Source of the DNA: Carcharhinus amblyrhynchos | Taxonomy: Eukaryota | NCBI GenBank assembly: GCA_965287045.1 | Contig: OZ336892.1 | Span: 19,034,001 to 19,098,000 of the forward strand | Direction: 5' to 3' | Length of the DNA: 64,000 bases | In this document: one piece after another, positions 61,797 through 64,000 of the stretch | Numbering within the stretch: the stretch's first letter is position 1 | Layout of the letters: each line of letters starts with the position of its first letter | The notes under the pieces: model-generated | Databases searched by the model: none | The model's input: only the letters and a program-made list of their open reading frames with translations | Told to the model about the DNA's origin: nothing | Program-made: the position numbers and the translations under genes

Positions 61797-62222
61797 TGCA
61801 TAAGACATAGGAGCAGAATTAGACCACTCAGCCCATCGAGTCTGCTCCATCATTCAATCATGGCTGATATTTTTCTCATTCCCATTCTCCTGCCTTTTCC
61901 CCATAACCCCGATCGCCTTATCAATCAAGAATCTATCTATCTCTTTCTTAAAGACACTCAATGACCTGGTATCCACAGCCTTCTGCGGCAAAGAATTCCA
62001 CAGATTCACTACTCGCTGGCTGAAGAAATTTCTCCTCATCTCCGTTTTAAAGCAGCGTCCCTTTGGCCTGAGATTGTGCCCTCTAGTTTTTTCGACTAGT
62101 GAGAACATCCTCTCCATGTCCACTCTATCCAGGCCTCGCAGTATCCTGTAAGTTTCAATAAGATCCCCCTTCATCCTTCTAACCTCCAATGAATACAGAC
62201 CCAGAATCTTCAACTGTTCCTT
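61797..62222 (-). mobile_element. CR1 3' fragment
   Basis: ORF 61854..62213 LGLYSLEVRRMKGDLIETYRIL...RVVNLWNSLPQK. Confidence 0.9.
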
Positions 62223-62699
62223 GTCAGAAACAAAATTAGTGATAAAATTACAATGGATTTACAACAGGATTCTCATATACTATTTTGTAAGTTACAGACT
62301 ATCTGGATTTAAAACTTTCTTACCCAGATTTAATCATAAATGAACAGTTGTGATTCTTTTAAACTGCAGAAAAGTTTATTATACTTTCTGATGAAAATAC
62401 AGTTTTATATTAACTTATTGCAAAGAATATTTGGTATGCAAAACAGAATCAGAATCCTAAATATATATTTTAGAAATATATATTTAGAAATACAAAAAAA
62501 ACAAATGGGAGTGGCCCTTTAAGATCGACTTGTGTCATGATTAACTAAAAATGACATGTTCAACATGGCAATAAAATTTCCATTGAGTCCTTAGGCAATC
62601 AGTAATTGACATTACAATGGAAGTTCATCAAGCTGACATCTTAAAGGACCACTCCCTTCTCAGAATTTGCTACAGTTGACAGTCCACAGGTTTCTTTAA

Positions 62700-63195
62700 T
62701 TAATCATTAGCCAAATGTTTCCAAGTTACGTAATATGAACTGCAATGGAACTTAGACATGAAAAATACGGCAAATAGTTGAGGATTCAGCCAATGTCCTT
62801 GTGGGAGATCCCGAGTCACTTTCTTCCAATTCAAGTACTTAACTATTATCTCTGACTGTCTTCTGTACCCTATCCAATCTCCTAAACAGATCAATAAACT
62901 GCCTTCAATTACTGAGCTTAAACATTAGTTAATGATTTCTTAAGTAGAATCGAGTTAAGTGCCTCTGGAAATCCACATAAATTATACCCACTGGCACTGT
63001 GTTGTCCACTACATTAGTTATTTGTTCAAAAAATTCAATTAAGTTTGTTGAACATGACCTGGTATTTACAAATCCATGTTGGCTCTGTCTAATCAGCTCA
63101 AATTTCTCTTAGTGTTCAGTCACCCTGTCCTTAATTATAGATTCCAATAACATTCCCACAGCAGATGTTTGACTAACAGGTCTATAATTTCCTAC
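62700..63195 (-). mobile_element. Old CR1 RT fragment
   Basis: Minus-strand NYRPVS.TS.VG..LE, QHGFVN.RSC.TNLIEFF, IYVDFQ. Confidence 0.8.
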
Positions 63196-63239
63196 TAGGG
63201 CAAATCTGATCACATTGGTTGTGCACACAACAGCACCAT

Positions 63240-63760
63240 AATGAAAAACAGAAGCGAAATACCATGATACTGGAAATAAATCAAATTAGAAAATGCCCAA
63301 GATATTCAGCAGGTAGAGTAACATTTATAGCTAATAGAAAAAAAATTAACCTCAGGCCAATTTGGTCAGCAATCTGAAATAATAACTCTCCACAGGTGCT
63401 GCTTGACCTGCAAAATATTTTCTTTTTAAATTTGAGGTTTCCATCACAAGTATTTTTCCTTTGATTTATTGCCTCTCCTGCTATTATTTTTGACTCTGGT
63501 GCATATCAATTGTCATTTAACCATTCCTTTTCTCCATGATAGCATTTCCAGATCGTTGTATCTTTTAGTTTTTCCTCTTCTTCCCCTTTGTTCTGGCCCT
63601 ATTTTAAAGCAAATCTCGGTGATATCTTTCAGTTTTAGTTAAGGTTCTGTATCTCAAACATAGGTGGAATTCGGTCCTCTCCACAGATGTTGTGAGGCCA
63701 AATGAGAGTCTTCAGAGTTTCTCAATTTTGGTCGAAGATTTTCACCAGTTGCAATATTTT
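63240..63760. mobile_element. Old degenerate Penelope-derived element, family of 2925-3145
   Basis: TTCAGCAGGT arm, and CTCTCCACAG(G/A)TG.TG...GACCTG arms at about 63385 and 63678. Confidence 0.4.
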
Positions 63761-64000
63761 AAGCTTTCTCTTTGTTTATCTGGTTTACACTGTGTCACTT
63801 CCGCCGTATCTGAATGCTGAGCCCTCCAGGCCAGCGAAACTGGGATTTCAAAGTTATTAAAATGGCTTAGGTCTCTGAATAGCAGGATTGCGATTGTTAA
63901 TCTGGAAATGTTATAGTAAACTGCTATCCTGATCTGATTCTCAGGACCAGGTACTCCACCTTTAAACCAGTTTATATTTAATATTCGTTTCTGATATGTG

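Overview
This is eukaryotic DNA, not prokaryotic: a repeat-rich cartilaginous-fish (shark) locus, identified by abundant HE1-type V-SINEs, CR1 LINEs and DeuSINEs. Two spliced genes lie on the minus strand in the same order as in mammals. TMIGD1 has a complete CDS in 5 coding exons (58472 to 42021, 264 aa: signal peptide, two Ig domains, TM helix, short tail) plus an intron in the 3' UTR. BLMH (bleomycin hydrolase) has coding exons 1-6 here (26257 to 9195, 218 codons including the catalytic Cys) and continues beyond the left edge. A processed RPS26 pseudogene sits at about 61.0-61.3 kb. Most of the remaining ORF-track entries are repeat-derived noise. Best leads: (1) minimal type-I hammerhead ribozyme motifs in Penelope-derived elements, one with an intact core at 28357-28396; (2) an HE1 SINE subfamily whose 3' tail matches a Rex1/Babar LINE end instead of the CR1 end, suggesting a partner switch; (3) a TMIGD1 C-terminus that stops one residue short of a PDZ ligand; (4) an ISRE/ETS element in the BLMH promoter; (5) two microhomology-bounded deletions in the RPS26 retrocopy; (6) template-switch scars. 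I do not see a wholly new multi-gene system. Exon coordinates were read base by base. Repeat boundaries are approximate and repeat family names come from recognition, not from a database search.
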